Shown here one piece after another: positions 9,398 through 19,205 of a stretch of 64,000 nt of DNA. A program made the translations under genes and the position numbers. The notes below the pieces were generated by a model, which worked only from the letters and a program-made list of their open reading frames with translations, had not been told where the DNA came from and made no database searches. The stretch is taken from assembly GCA_018667355.1 (NCBI GenBank), contig JABIVC010000013.1, positions 3,296-67,295 on the forward strand. Reading direction: 5' to 3'. Source of the DNA: Gammaproteobacteria bacterium. GTDB taxonomy: Bacteria > Pseudomonadota > Gammaproteobacteria > GCA-002705445 > GCA-002716945. The first letter of the stretch is position 1, and the number at the start of each line of letters is the position of its first letter.

Positions 9398-10309
9398 TTA
9401 GGTTACCATTAATTTTTGAATATCTTTTAGCCATAAATTTTTCAGACTTTCTTTCATCCCTGTCTTTTTGAAAAAGCTATCTATCTCATTTATATCTCCC
9501 ACTCCTCTTTCTAAAGTCTTGAGATCAGTTTCAATATCAGAGATATAGTCCAGTGTAGCTAACTTTTTAGAAAGGTAAATAATTTTTTTATTTTCTTCTA
9601 TTATTTTAATAAATCTCTTATATTTAGAACCAACTTTAGATGGTATTGAATCAAGATTTTCAATGATATTGTCTAGGCTTTTGTATTCACTCATTAAAGC
9701 TGTTGCAGTTTTTTGTCCTAATCCAGGAGCTCCAGGTATATTATCAACAGAGTCACCCATTAAGCCTAAAAAATCTGATAAATCTTGCGGGCAGAAATTT
9801 AATTTTTTTACGAGATCATCATAAGTGAATCTCTTGTCACTATAATTCCACCATATATCACCATTGTAGACTAGCTGATATAAATCTTTATCATTAGTAA
9901 TTATAGTATTATTTAAATTTGATTTTTTAGTATCTTTTGCAATTGTATAAAGAATATCATCTGCTTCATGTGTCTTACTTGCATTATTATTTAAACCCAT
10001 CAAAGTTAGGAATTCACGACATAAAGCAAACTGTTCTTTTAATTCTATAGGTGCCTTTTCCCTGGTTTTTTTATAGTCTGGATATATCTTGTTTCTAAAA
10101 CATGTCCCCAGACTTTCATCAAAAGCAAATGAAATATATTTTGGTTGATAGTCATGAAGAAATCGAATTATAAAACCCGCAAAACCTAAGAATGCTGCTA
10201 TTGATTCATAATTTTGTGTTTTCATTGGTGGGATAGCAAACCAGTATTTAAGAACAAAAGCAGTTGAATCAACTAGAAACACATTATTTAAATTATTTTT
10301 ATTGGACAA
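9398..10309 (-). CDS. Stand-alone 5'-3' exonuclease / flap endonuclease (Pol I N-terminal-like)
   Basis: FAFDESLG..FRNKIYPDYK, EADD, DKDLYQL, H3TH motif GDSVDNIPGAPGLGQKTA. Confidence 0.9.
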   Translation of the reverse strand: MSNKNNLNNVFLVDSTAFVLKYWFAIPPMKTQNYESIAAFLGFAGFIIRFLHDYQPKYISFAFDESLGTCFRNKIYPDYKKTREKAPIELKEQFALCREFLTLMGLNNNASKTHEADDILYTIAKDTKKSNLNNTIITNDKDLYQLVYNGDIWWNYSDKRFTYDDLVKKLNFCPQDLSDFLGLMGDSVDNIPGAPGLGQKTATALMSEYKSLDNIIENLDSIPSKVGSKYKRFIKIIEENKKIIYLSKKLATLDYISDIETDLKTLERGVGDINEIDSFFKKTGMKESLKNLWLKDIQKLMVT

Positions 10310-11783
10310 TTTTTATCAAATCTCCAATTTTTGGATTACCGCTTGGGTAATGTCCATTTAATAATCTAAGTTTATCCAATGCATATTTCCCAAGCGGTGA
10401 TGATTTTGCCAAATTCTCATATGACATACCTTCCCTAAATCTGATTACTTTTATAGTCAAACCTTTGGAATCCTTAACTTCTTTATTTGACATTTTAGAA
10501 AAACTTTTTAGCATAACTTTTAATTTATCATCATTGGTTAAATCAGATAGATTACTTCGTATAATCCATGCCTTAGGCTTCTTCTTTTCATTTTTTGTAT
10601 CAAATATTATTGTAAATCTAATATAAGATGAATTAATTATGCTTTTAGAGTGATACAGATGTGAATACCCAGTAAGCCCATTATAAGAAAAATCCTCTGA
10701 ACTAATCAGTTTATTAGTAGTTAAGAAAGATGTTTTTTGAACCCCTTCCTTAAGGTATTTCTCTGGCGTAAGACCATTTTCTAAATCATCTAGTAGCAAC
10801 TCATCAACAGTAAAAGTCATGACATCTTTATCTTTTTGAACTACTAATTGATCAGGATTATTTTTAAATTCCCAGCCATCTTCAATCTTAAACTTTATTG
10901 CTAAAATAGGATGGTAAAAAATAGAATTTTTCACATAACCTTCCTCTGGGCTAGAACCATATACAGAGCCATCTAGGAGCTTTAAAAATTTTTCTTTATT
11001 ATTTTTCCTTGTTGTTTTCTCGCTTATTGTATTTCCTAATGCATTTATTCTTTTTTCATGATCTGGATGTGTAGAAAAGATACCATGGTATCCTATATTA
11101 GCTTCCCGACCTTCTTCCTCAGCAATTTTTTTCTCAAGCTCTTCTGAATATTTTAATGTTTGTAAGAATGCTGCCATTGCGGAAGGGTCATAGTTTGACC
11201 TTTCTAAATACTCTTCACCCAATTGATCGGCCTCTAACTCAAACTTTCTTCCATAACCTCGATTTATAATTACATTCACTAGATTAAAGGCATTGCCTGT
11301 AAGTTGACCACCCGGGACATTTGTCTGAAGTATTGAAAGTAACAGGGCTGTTACTTGAGAAGTACTCATTCCTCTAACTGCATGTCTTGCAGTTATATGG
11401 CCAATTTCATGTCCTATTACACCAGCAAACTCTGCTTCTGAGTTAAAATAATTCAACATGCCTCTGTACATATATACATAACCACCTGGGGTAGCAAATG
11501 CATTAAAGGTTGGATCATCTATTAGAGTAAAGTGCCACTTTAGCTCTGGGCGATGACTTTTCTCAGAAATTGACTCTCCTAGTTTTTGAAAATAATCATT
11601 TAACTCTTTATTTTGAATTACTTTGTTTTCTTCTAAAATCTTTTCATGGTAGGAAGCACCAATAGATATCTCTTGTTGTTCAGTTATCGTAACAAAATCA
11701 GGAATACCTGAAACAGGGTTTGTTGCACAACTAGTAACTATAGGTAGAATTATAAAAGATATATATCTAGTTATCATATTCAT
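10299..11783 (-). CDS. M48 family zinc metalloprotease, probable lipoprotein
   Basis: Lipobox-like IVTSC, NAFATPGG, HEIGH, ELEAD, FSTHP; start likely ATG 11783 or 11777 rather than 11822. Confidence 0.88.
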   Translation of the reverse strand: MNMITRYISFIILPIVTSCATNPVSGIPDFVTITEQQEISIGASYHEKILEENKVIQNKELNDYFQKLGESISEKSHRPELKWHFTLIDDPTFNAFATPGGYVYMYRGMLNYFNSEAEFAGVIGHEIGHITARHAVRGMSTSQVTALLLSILQTNVPGGQLTGNAFNLVNVIINRGYGRKFELEADQLGEEYLERSNYDPSAMAAFLQTLKYSEELEKKIAEEEGREANIGYHGIFSTHPDHEKRINALGNTISEKTTRKNNKEKFLKLLDGSVYGSSPEEGYVKNSIFYHPILAIKFKIEDGWEFKNNPDQLVVQKDKDVMTFTVDELLLDDLENGLTPEKYLKEGVQKTSFLTTNKLISSEDFSYNGLTGYSHLYHSKSIINSSYIRFTIIFDTKNEKKKPKAWIIRSNLSDLTNDDKLKVMLKSFSKMSNKEVKDSKGLTIKVIRFREGMSYENLAKSSPLGKYALDKLRLLNGHYPSGNPKIGDLIKIVQ

Positions 11784-11790
11784 ATCATTG

Positions 11791-12390
11791 TTATTGGTTA
11801 CGAAAATATCTTTGTAGTTCATTTAGTGCTTTCGCCCTATGGCTTATCTTATTTTTCTCTGCCGAAGTAATTTGCGCAGAAGTTTTATTATATTCTGGTA
11901 AGAAAAATAGTGGATCATACCCAAAGCCATTTTGGCCAATAGGTTTTTCAGTTATATAACCATGCCATGACCCAGAGGTAATAATTGGGAATGGATCATC
12001 TGGAAATCTCATATAAACAATGACACATCTATAACAAGCTTTCCTCTTTTCATAAGGGATATCAGTTAATTCCTCTAAAAGTTTAATATTATTCATCTCG
12101 TTTGTAGCATTTTCACCAGAATATCTTGCTGATTTTATACCCGGCCTACCATTTAAATATTCAATCTCAATACCAGAGTCATCAGCTATTGATGCTAAGC
12201 CAGTATTAATAGATGCGCTTCTAGCTTTTAGTATTGCATTTTCAACAAATGTTGAACCAGTTTCCTCTACTTCGGGTATCTCAATATCATTACAGGTTTT
12301 TAATAAAATACCTGTACCATCAAGTATTTTCTTTATTTCTTTAATCTTATCTTGATTTCTAGATGCTAGAATAATTTTCATATTGGCCAT
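11791..12390 (-). CDS. rdgB: dITP/XTP pyrophosphatase (HAM1 family)
   Basis: ASRNQDKIKE, EETGSTFVENA, ADDSG, GFGYDP, KNKISHRAKA. Confidence 0.95.
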   Translation of the reverse strand: MANMKIILASRNQDKIKEIKKILDGTGILLKTCNDIEIPEVEETGSTFVENAILKARSASINTGLASIADDSGIEIEYLNGRPGIKSARYSGENATNEMNNIKLLEELTDIPYEKRKACYRCVIVYMRFPDDPFPIITSGSWHGYITEKPIGQNGFGYDPLFFLPEYNKTSAQITSAEKNKISHRAKALNELQRYFRNQ

Positions 12391-12449
12391 AAAAGTTTAT
12401 ATTTGCACTATATACTGTAGAATTATAATAAAAATTGAGAAATAAAGAT

Positions 12450-12920
12450 ATGAAGAAAAGTAATCACATTGATAATCAAGGTAATGTAAGAATGATTAAT
12501 GTTATCGATAAAAAGATTACTAAGAGAAAAGCAGTTGCAACAGGGAAAATCACGCTTAATAAATTAGCTATCGATTCAATTAAACATAATAGAAATAAAA
12601 AAGGCGATGTTCTTACAATAGCTCAAGTTGCAGGTATACAGGCTGCAAAAAAAACGTCCACATTAGTTCCTTTGTCGCATCAGTTAAATATTAAAGGGAT
12701 TAATATTTTTTTTAAGTTGAACATAAAAAGTATCATTTGTAATACTGAGATACTTTGTGATGGTAAAACTGGTGTAGAAATAGAAGCAATATGCGCCACT
12801 CAAATTTCCCTATTAACTATTTATGATATGTGTAAATACTTAGATAAATCTATGGTAATTTCAGATATAAAATTATTGCTCAAGGAAGGCGGTAAATCAG
12901 GAGATTTTAAATCTAAATGA
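12450..12920 (+). CDS. moaC: Cyclic pyranopterin monophosphate synthase
   Basis: HID..G.VRM, KKGDVL..AQVAGIQAAKKT, GKTGVEIEA, TIYDMCK, GGKSG; alternative TTG start at 12435. Confidence 0.92.
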   Translation: MKKSNHIDNQGNVRMINVIDKKITKRKAVATGKITLNKLAIDSIKHNRNKKGDVLTIAQVAGIQAAKKTSTLVPLSHQLNIKGINIFFKLNIKSIICNTEILCDGKTGVEIEAICATQISLLTIYDMCKYLDKSMVISDIKLLLKEGGKSGDFKSK

Positions 12921-13720
12921 TTAAAAATATAATCTATGTAATTTCTTTTCTTTTCTTGAGTATTATATTTTATTTATTTTTAATATTTGATATAAATAAT
13001 TATAAGGCTGAGCTCACTGAATACGTTTCTAGTAAAACTAATTATAATTTTGAATATGATGGTAAATTAACCTTAGATATATTGTCCCCAACAGTTATAA
13101 CAATACCCAATATAGAAATAAGCAAGAATATTGGCTCAGGTAAACAAAATGTTATCTTTCAAATAGCAGAGGCAAAACTCTCTGTGACATTAAATGAGCT
13201 TATAAAAGGAATAATTGATGCAGAAGAAATAATAGCTAGAGACTTCAGATATCATGGAATTAACATAGATGATATTCTAATGAAGACTTACTCAGTAATA
13301 AAATTCAATAGATTTAGCTCGCTTGAAGAAGATGTCACTAGGCTTAAAACTATTTCTGCTACTGCTATGATTATTCATGACAAAATCATTATTAAAAATA
13401 TCTATATGGAGACCGAGCTATTAGAAATGAAGGGATCTGGCACTATTGATTTATCTACCAATCAAACTTTTTTTGAATTGACTGGTAATTTAAAAAATAT
13501 CGATAAAGTTCAGGGTGTATATAGTAATCTTTACCCAGAAGATTTAAGTGGTGAAGAATTGCCTATTAATATAACTGGGAAACTAGATAAGCTATCTGTG
13601 TCAATAAACTTGAATAAAATATTGACAAATAAACTCAATCCACTAAAAAATGATGTGATAGATAAATTGAAGGATAAGATTGCAGATGAACTTAAAGAAA
13701 GAATTAACCTTCCATTCTAA
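12917..13720 (+). CDS. Short AsmA-like membrane-anchored protein
   Basis: N-terminal TM helix then FDINNYKAEL...GKLTLDI; C-terminal GSGTIDL and LPINITGKLD; lies upstream of mutY as asmA commonly does. Confidence 0.6.
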   Translation: MIKNIIYVISFLFLSIIFYLFLIFDINNYKAELTEYVSSKTNYNFEYDGKLTLDILSPTVITIPNIEISKNIGSGKQNVIFQIAEAKLSVTLNELIKGIIDAEEIIARDFRYHGINIDDILMKTYSVIKFNRFSSLEEDVTRLKTISATAMIIHDKIIIKNIYMETELLEMKGSGTIDLSTNQTFFELTGNLKNIDKVQGVYSNLYPEDLSGEELPINITGKLDKLSVSINLNKILTNKLNPLKNDVIDKLKDKIADELKERINLPF

Positions 13721-14750
13721 AAACCGACTTATAATTAGAAAAAAAGTATTAGACTGGTATGATGTCAATGGTAGAAAAAATCTTCCATGGAAAACTTCAG
13801 ACATTTATAAAATATGGATCTCTGAAATTATGTTACAGCAGACCCAGGTTAGAACTGTTCTCCCTTATTATGCAAAATTTATTAAGGAATATCCCACTCT
13901 TAATGATCTTTTGAATGCATCTTTAGATAACATCTTGGAACTATGGAGTGGATTAGGTTTTTATAGAAGAGCTGAAAATATTTATAAAGCATGTTTAGTT
14001 ATTAAAAAAGATCATAACTCTAGATTTCCTAAAGACTATGATGCTATTAATGCATTGCCAGGTATTGGTAGGACAACAGCGTCAGCTATAGTAACCTTTT
14101 CTGGAAATGGAACGCGTTCAATACTAGATGGAAATGTAAAAAGGTTTCTTTCTAGATTATTCTCATTAGAGCAAAGTACAAATATAAATTATTTATGGAC
14201 TATTTCTGAATATTTATTACCTAATTCTAGATCTGCTGATTTCATTCAATCATATATGGATATTGGATCATTAATTTGTAAGAAATCTAACCCTGATTGT
14301 TCATCGTGCCCCGTTAATTCTTATTGCAAATCTTTTAAATCTGGCATTATCAATAATATTAGATCAAGAAAGACGTCAAAGACAAGCAAAGATATTTGGG
14401 TAGTAGCACTAACAAATACCAAGAATCAGTTTTATTTAAAAAAAGTGATATATGGTAATTTGTGGAAAGGGTTATATTCTTCCCCTATATTTAAAAATAA
14501 TTCTGAGCCAGAAGAGTGGATTGCTAGGCATAACTTAAATAGCAACGGGATATTACCAATATATAAGTTTTCTCATCACCTTACGCATATTAAATTTACA
14601 TTTAACATTATCTTCTGCAAAGTTAAATTAAATAAAAAGATTAGCCTATCCGATGATAATTGGTATAATCTATCAGACATTGATGTTGGAATACCCAAAT
14701 ATCAAGATAAAATATTTAATCAATATAAGAGTATTTATGACTATAATTAG
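13686..14750 (+). CDS. mutY: A/G-specific adenine glycosylase
   Basis: WISEIMLQQTQV, WSGLGFYRRA, LPGIGRTTA, LDGNVKR, 4Fe-4S motif C-x6-C-x2-C-x5-C; start uncertain. Confidence 0.95.
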   Translation: MNLKKELTFHSKNRLIIRKKVLDWYDVNGRKNLPWKTSDIYKIWISEIMLQQTQVRTVLPYYAKFIKEYPTLNDLLNASLDNILELWSGLGFYRRAENIYKACLVIKKDHNSRFPKDYDAINALPGIGRTTASAIVTFSGNGTRSILDGNVKRFLSRLFSLEQSTNINYLWTISEYLLPNSRSADFIQSYMDIGSLICKKSNPDCSSCPVNSYCKSFKSGIINNIRSRKTSKTSKDIWVVALTNTKNQFYLKKVIYGNLWKGLYSSPIFKNNSEPEEWIARHNLNSNGILPIYKFSHHLTHIKFTFNIIFCKVKLNKKISLSDDNWYNLSDIDVGIPKYQDKIFNQYKSIYDYN

Positions 14751-15006
14751 TTGCTTTAAATTAAAAAAAGAATCTGAAGCATTAGACTATCAGCCATATC
14801 CTGGCGATATTGGTGTTAAAATAATGGAAAATATCTCAGCTGAAGCATGGCAAATGTGGATGAATCACCAGACAATGCTAATTAATGAAATGAGATTAAC
14901 GCCAGTAGATCCAAAGTCTAGAAAGTTTCTCGAGGAAGAAATGGAGAAGTTTCTCTTCGGAGATGGTTCTGCTGCCCCAGAGGGTTTTGTGCCAGAGAAA
15001 AAATAA
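14737..15006 (+). CDS. yggX: Fe(2+)-trafficking / oxidative damage protection protein
   Basis: C.KLKKE.EALD..PYPG..G...ENIS.EAW..W..HQTMLINE; true start is ATG 14737. Confidence 0.93.
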   Translation: MTIISCFKLKKESEALDYQPYPGDIGVKIMENISAEAWQMWMNHQTMLINEMRLTPVDPKSRKFLEEEMEKFLFGDGSAAPEGFVPEKK

Positions 15007-15013
15007 TATTTAA

Positions 15014-15086
<73 letters not shown>

Positions 15087-15094
15087 TAGAATAA

Positions 15095-16654
15095 ATGAGA
15101 CAAATAGATACAAATCAATTACTAAATAAAGCACTCACTCTCCATCATCAGGGTAAATTAGACGATGCAGACATCATTTATTTAGAGATAATAAAATGTG
15201 ATAAAGATAATTTTCAAGCTAATCATCTCCATGGGTGTATACTCTCCCAAAAAACTCAGTTCTCTGATGCAATTATTTTTTTAGAAAAAGCTATAAATAT
15301 AGACCCTGATAATTATGAGGCGAATAATAACTTGGGTATAGCTTTTAAGAATACTGGTAATGTTATTGAGTCAGAAAGATATTTCAACAAGGCGATATCT
15401 ATTGACAGTAAAAACTATAAAGCCTTCTTCAATTGCGCTAACTTATATGTAGATAATTTAGAATATGAAAAAGCTTTAGACTATTTAGAGCAAGCTATGC
15501 TAATAAATATTTCATCCTCAGAAGCACCTTGTAGAATGGGGCAAGTTTATCAGTACATTTTTCAAAGAGATAGATCTTTAATTTATCTAGAAAAATCAAA
15601 AAAATATTTTCTGCAAGCTATTGAGAGAAATATAAACAATATTGAAGCATATCTAATGTTAGGTATGACTACACTGTGGTTAGGAGATATTGACGAAGCT
15701 GACAACTTATTCAAGAAAGTACTAAAGCTTAATCATTCTCAGAAAAATTATATAGATGAAAATATAAAAAAATATTATTCTGATACTAAGTCATTATCTA
15801 TTCTTATAACACATGAATTTGAACAGCTAAGGCATATTGATAATGATACTGATGACATTAGAAATCCTAAATTTACGAAGCAGTATTATGATCTATTAGA
15901 CTCCCTCTATAAAAAAGTTAAAAGCAGTAATCTAAAGTCAGAGGATATTACAGATACTATCAAAAAAGATCTTTTTAAGATTTTATATAATAAGCCTCCA
16001 AAGAATATTACTCATAATTTACTGAATGAAAAAAATGATATTCCTGAATTAGAGATCGAGTACCTTAATGGAAAACCAGAAATAATCGTTATAGATGATT
16101 TCTTAAGTAAGCCTGCATTGACTGAATTACAAAAATTCTGCAGGAACTCAAATATTTTCAAATACCCTTATCAGAGCGGCTATGTTTCAGCATTTCTATC
16201 TAAAGGACTATCAAATAAGTTTATCCTTAAATTAAGTGAGGATTTACGTATGACTTATAAAAAAATATTTAAAGAGTTAAGATTAACTCAGGCATGGATA
16301 TTCAAATATGAGAGTCATAAACAGGGGACAAACATTCATGCAGACCAGGCTTCGGTAAATGTTAACTTTTGGGTTACTCCTGAGGAAGGAAACTTAGATA
16401 AAAATAAAGGCGGATTAAGGGTATGGGATGACTTACCCTCAAAAAACTCAGATTTTAGCTCTTATAATAATATAGATAATTCGCCTAAAATCCGAAAGAT
16501 GCTGGATGATAATAAAATTAAGTCTATAACAATCCCATATAGAGAAAATAGGGCTGTAATATTTAATTCACAGTTATACCATGAAACTGATGATTTTGAC
16601 TTTGATGAATCCTACAGTAACAAGCGTATTAATATTACTTTTCTATATGATTAA
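15095..16654 (+). CDS. TPR-repeat protein with C-terminal 2OG-Fe(II) oxygenase-like domain
   Basis: N-terminal TPR-like helical repeats; C-terminal IIVIDDFL, HAD (HxD), GGL, LYHET and KRINITF. Confidence 0.75.
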   Translation: MRQIDTNQLLNKALTLHHQGKLDDADIIYLEIIKCDKDNFQANHLHGCILSQKTQFSDAIIFLEKAINIDPDNYEANNNLGIAFKNTGNVIESERYFNKAISIDSKNYKAFFNCANLYVDNLEYEKALDYLEQAMLINISSSEAPCRMGQVYQYIFQRDRSLIYLEKSKKYFLQAIERNINNIEAYLMLGMTTLWLGDIDEADNLFKKVLKLNHSQKNYIDENIKKYYSDTKSLSILITHEFEQLRHIDNDTDDIRNPKFTKQYYDLLDSLYKKVKSSNLKSEDITDTIKKDLFKILYNKPPKNITHNLLNEKNDIPELEIEYLNGKPEIIVIDDFLSKPALTELQKFCRNSNIFKYPYQSGYVSAFLSKGLSNKFILKLSEDLRMTYKKIFKELRLTQAWIFKYESHKQGTNIHADQASVNVNFWVTPEEGNLDKNKGGLRVWDDLPSKNSDFSSYNNIDNSPKIRKMLDDNKIKSITIPYRENRAVIFNSQLYHETDDFDFDESYSNKRINITFLYD

Positions 16655-16705
16655 TTATTTAATTGAATACTTTAAATATCACCTTATAGACCATATAATA
16701 GTCAT

Positions 16706-17035
16706 ATGGACACACCTTTGAAGCAAAAAGCAGAATTTCGACTAGGTCAAATTGTATCTCACTCTAAGTTCAGGTATAGAGGAGTAATTGTGGATGCTGA
16801 TCCATATTTTCAGGGCACTGAGGAGTGGTATGAAAATGTTGCCAAATCTAAACCTAATAAAAATAAACCTTGGTATCATGTGTTAGTGCACGGTCAAGGT
16901 AATGAAACATATGTTGCCGAAGGCAATCTTTTGAGCGATGAAAGCACCGACCCTATTGACCATCCATTTGTAGAAATATTCTTTGATGAGTATGACAATA
17001 GTGGCACATATTCTTTAAAGCAGAATTTTAATTAA
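16706..17035 (+). CDS. hspQ: Heat shock protein HspQ (YccV domain)
   Basis: FRLGQIVSH..FRYRGVIVDADP, PWYHVLV, YVAEGNL, IDHP. Confidence 0.88.
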   Translation: MDTPLKQKAEFRLGQIVSHSKFRYRGVIVDADPYFQGTEEWYENVAKSKPNKNKPWYHVLVHGQGNETYVAEGNLLSDESTDPIDHPFVEIFFDEYDNSGTYSLKQNFN

Positions 17036-17041
17036 ATTAAT

Positions 17042-17494
17042 ATGAAAATCCTATCAGATTTTTTCAAGAGTATTTCGTCGGATTCAACAGTTAATATAGA
17101 TAATGATACCCTTGAAAGCTTTACTGATGAAAAAATCCTAGCTATAAGTATTTTATTAATTGAAGTTTCAAAATCTGATGATTATTATGATGAGTTAGAA
17201 AAGAATAAGATTATAGAAATCATTAGAGAGAAATTTTCATTAGACAAAAATCAAATTGATTTACTAATTAATTTAGCTGATAAAAAAAATGATGAAATGA
17301 TTTCCCTCCATGATTTTATTGAGGTCCTTAATAAAGAATGCTCTTACTCAGAGAAGAAAGATTTAATAAAAATGCTATGGGATGTCGCATATATTGATGG
17401 AAGAATAGATAAGTACGAAGATTATACAATTAGAAAGATATCTGATTTATTATATATAACACATAGCGATTTTATCCAAGCCAAGCTAAGATAA
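17042..17494 (+). CDS. TerB-family protein
   Basis: LLIEVSKSD....E.E, LW.VAY.DG.ID.YE...IRKISDLL.I.H.DFI.AK pattern. Confidence 0.8.
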   Translation: MKILSDFFKSISSDSTVNIDNDTLESFTDEKILAISILLIEVSKSDDYYDELEKNKIIEIIREKFSLDKNQIDLLINLADKKNDEMISLHDFIEVLNKECSYSEKKDLIKMLWDVAYIDGRIDKYEDYTIRKISDLLYITHSDFIQAKLR

Positions 17495-18088
17495 TTACTT
17501 AATTCTAAAAGTTGCTACCTGGCCAAAAAAATTTGGCAACAACTTGGTAAATACATTTGATTTCTGATTATTGTCAGTAATAAATTGTTCAAGTATTTCA
17601 AAATTATTAGTTTCACAAAATATCAAAAAATCTTTTATAGTGCATAGGTGAATATTGGGGGTATCATGCCAAGTATATGGGAGATTACCAGTGACAGGCA
17701 TTTTACCTGTTGTCAGTAACTGTATTCTAGATGACCAATGACCCATATTAGGGAAAGATACTATTATCTCTTTTCCAATTCTTAACATCTGATTTAGTAA
17801 ATCCTTGGGATTTTTAATTACTTGTAATGATTGAGCAAGTACCACATAGTCAAAATATTTAGATTCAAAATCTTCAAGACCATTATCTAGGTCTATTTGT
17901 AATACATTAACATTTTTTTTGAGTGATAATTTGAGATTATTAATATTATTATCTATCCCATAACCAGTTATATTTTTGTCTTGTTTTAAGATTTTCAATA
18001 GTTCGCCATCACCGCAGCCTAAATCTAATACCTTGGTGTTAGGCTTTATCCAAGAGCTGATTAGCAAAAGGTCTTTTCTAAAGGCCAT
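17495..18088 (-). CDS. metW: Methionine biosynthesis protein MetW
   Basis: VLDLGCGDG, IVSFPNMGHW, W.DTPNIHLCTIKDF; downstream of metX. Confidence 0.93.
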   Translation of the reverse strand: MAFRKDLLLISSWIKPNTKVLDLGCGDGELLKILKQDKNITGYGIDNNINNLKLSLKKNVNVLQIDLDNGLEDFESKYFDYVVLAQSLQVIKNPKDLLNQMLRIGKEIIVSFPNMGHWSSRIQLLTTGKMPVTGNLPYTWHDTPNIHLCTIKDFLIFCETNNFEILEQFITDNNQKSNVFTKLLPNFFGQVATFRIK

Positions 18089-19205
18089 TAGTAGACTCCT
18101 TGATAAAAGATGCCATTATGTCAAAATAATCTTTATTATCCATTAGAAATGCATCATGACCACCATCAGCAGATATTTCAGAGTAACTAACATCCATTTC
18201 ATTATCTAGAAGTAATTTAACAATTTCTTTTGATCTCTTTGGAGGAAATCTCCAATCTGATGTAAAAGATATAATCAAAAACTTAGCACTACATTTATCA
18301 AGATTTTTGATTAAGGTATCCGCCATATCCTTTACAGGATCGAAATAGTCTAATGACTTAGTCATCAGTAAATAAGTATTCGCATCAAATCCAGTTACAA
18401 ACTTCTCTCCTTGGTATCTCAAATAACTTTCAATCTGAAATTCAACATCATAATTGAATCCTAGTTTTGAATTTTTAAGATCTCGACCAAACTTCTCTCT
18501 CATAGATTCATCGGAAAGATATGTTATATGACCTAACATCCTCGCTAATGACAATCCTTGATTCGGCATTACGCCTTTTTCTAAATAATTACCATTATGC
18601 CAATTTGGATCTTTCATGATTGCTTGCCTAGCAATTTCATTAAATGCTATATTTTGTGCTGTCAGTTTTGGCGCTGCAGCAATAGCTATACAATTATGTA
18701 TTAGGTCTGGATACTGAAATGACCATTGTAAAGCTTGCATACCTCCAAGGCTCCCCCCAATAACAAATTTCCAGAATGGTATTTTCAGGACATCCATTAA
18801 TTCTTTTTGTGATTTTACCCAATCAGATACTGTTATTATTGGAAAATCAGAGCCATATACTCTATTAGTTTCAGGATTAATAGTTGTGGGGCCAGTTGAG
18901 CCATGACATCCTCCTAAATTATTTAAACATACTACAAATAATTTATCTGTATCTATTGTTTTCTCTGAACCAATCATATTATTCCACCATCCTGGTTTCT
19001 CATCCCCCTCATAATAACCAGCTACATGATGATTTCCTGATAATGCATGACAAATTAGAACAGCATTACTTTTATCAGCATTTAAAGAACCATATGTTTC
19101 ATATGTGAGCTGGTATTCATTCAAAATCTTTCCTGATAATAATTCAAGCGGATTTTTAATAATGATATTTTTAGATTTGACAAATTTAGTTGAATCTATA
19201 GCCAT
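18078..19205 (-). CDS. metX: Homoserine O-acyltransferase (MetX family, possibly succinyltransferase)
   Basis: LICHALSG, NNLGGCHGSTGP, GGSLGGMQA, SDWRF, GHDAFL. Confidence 0.95.
   Translation of the reverse strand: MAIDSTKFVKSKNIIIKNPLELLSGKILNEYQLTYETYGSLNADKSNAVLICHALSGNHHVAGYYEGDEKPGWWNNMIGSEKTIDTDKLFVVCLNNLGGCHGSTGPTTINPETNRVYGSDFPIITVSDWVKSQKELMDVLKIPFWKFVIGGSLGGMQALQWSFQYPDLIHNCIAIAAAPKLTAQNIAFNEIARQAIMKDPNWHNGNYLEKGVMPNQGLSLARMLGHITYLSDESMREKFGRDLKNSKLGFNYDVEFQIESYLRYQGEKFVTGFDANTYLLMTKSLDYFDPVKDMADTLIKNLDKCSAKFLIISFTSDWRFPPKRSKEIVKLLLDNEMDVSYSEISADGGHDAFLMDNKDYFDIMASFIKESTNGL

Noticed and set aside
15087..17494. Possible genomic island after tRNA-Phe (TPR gene, hspQ, terB)
   Set aside because: No integrase, no duplicated tRNA 3' end noticed and no obvious composition shift; hspQ and a lone terB are common core genes
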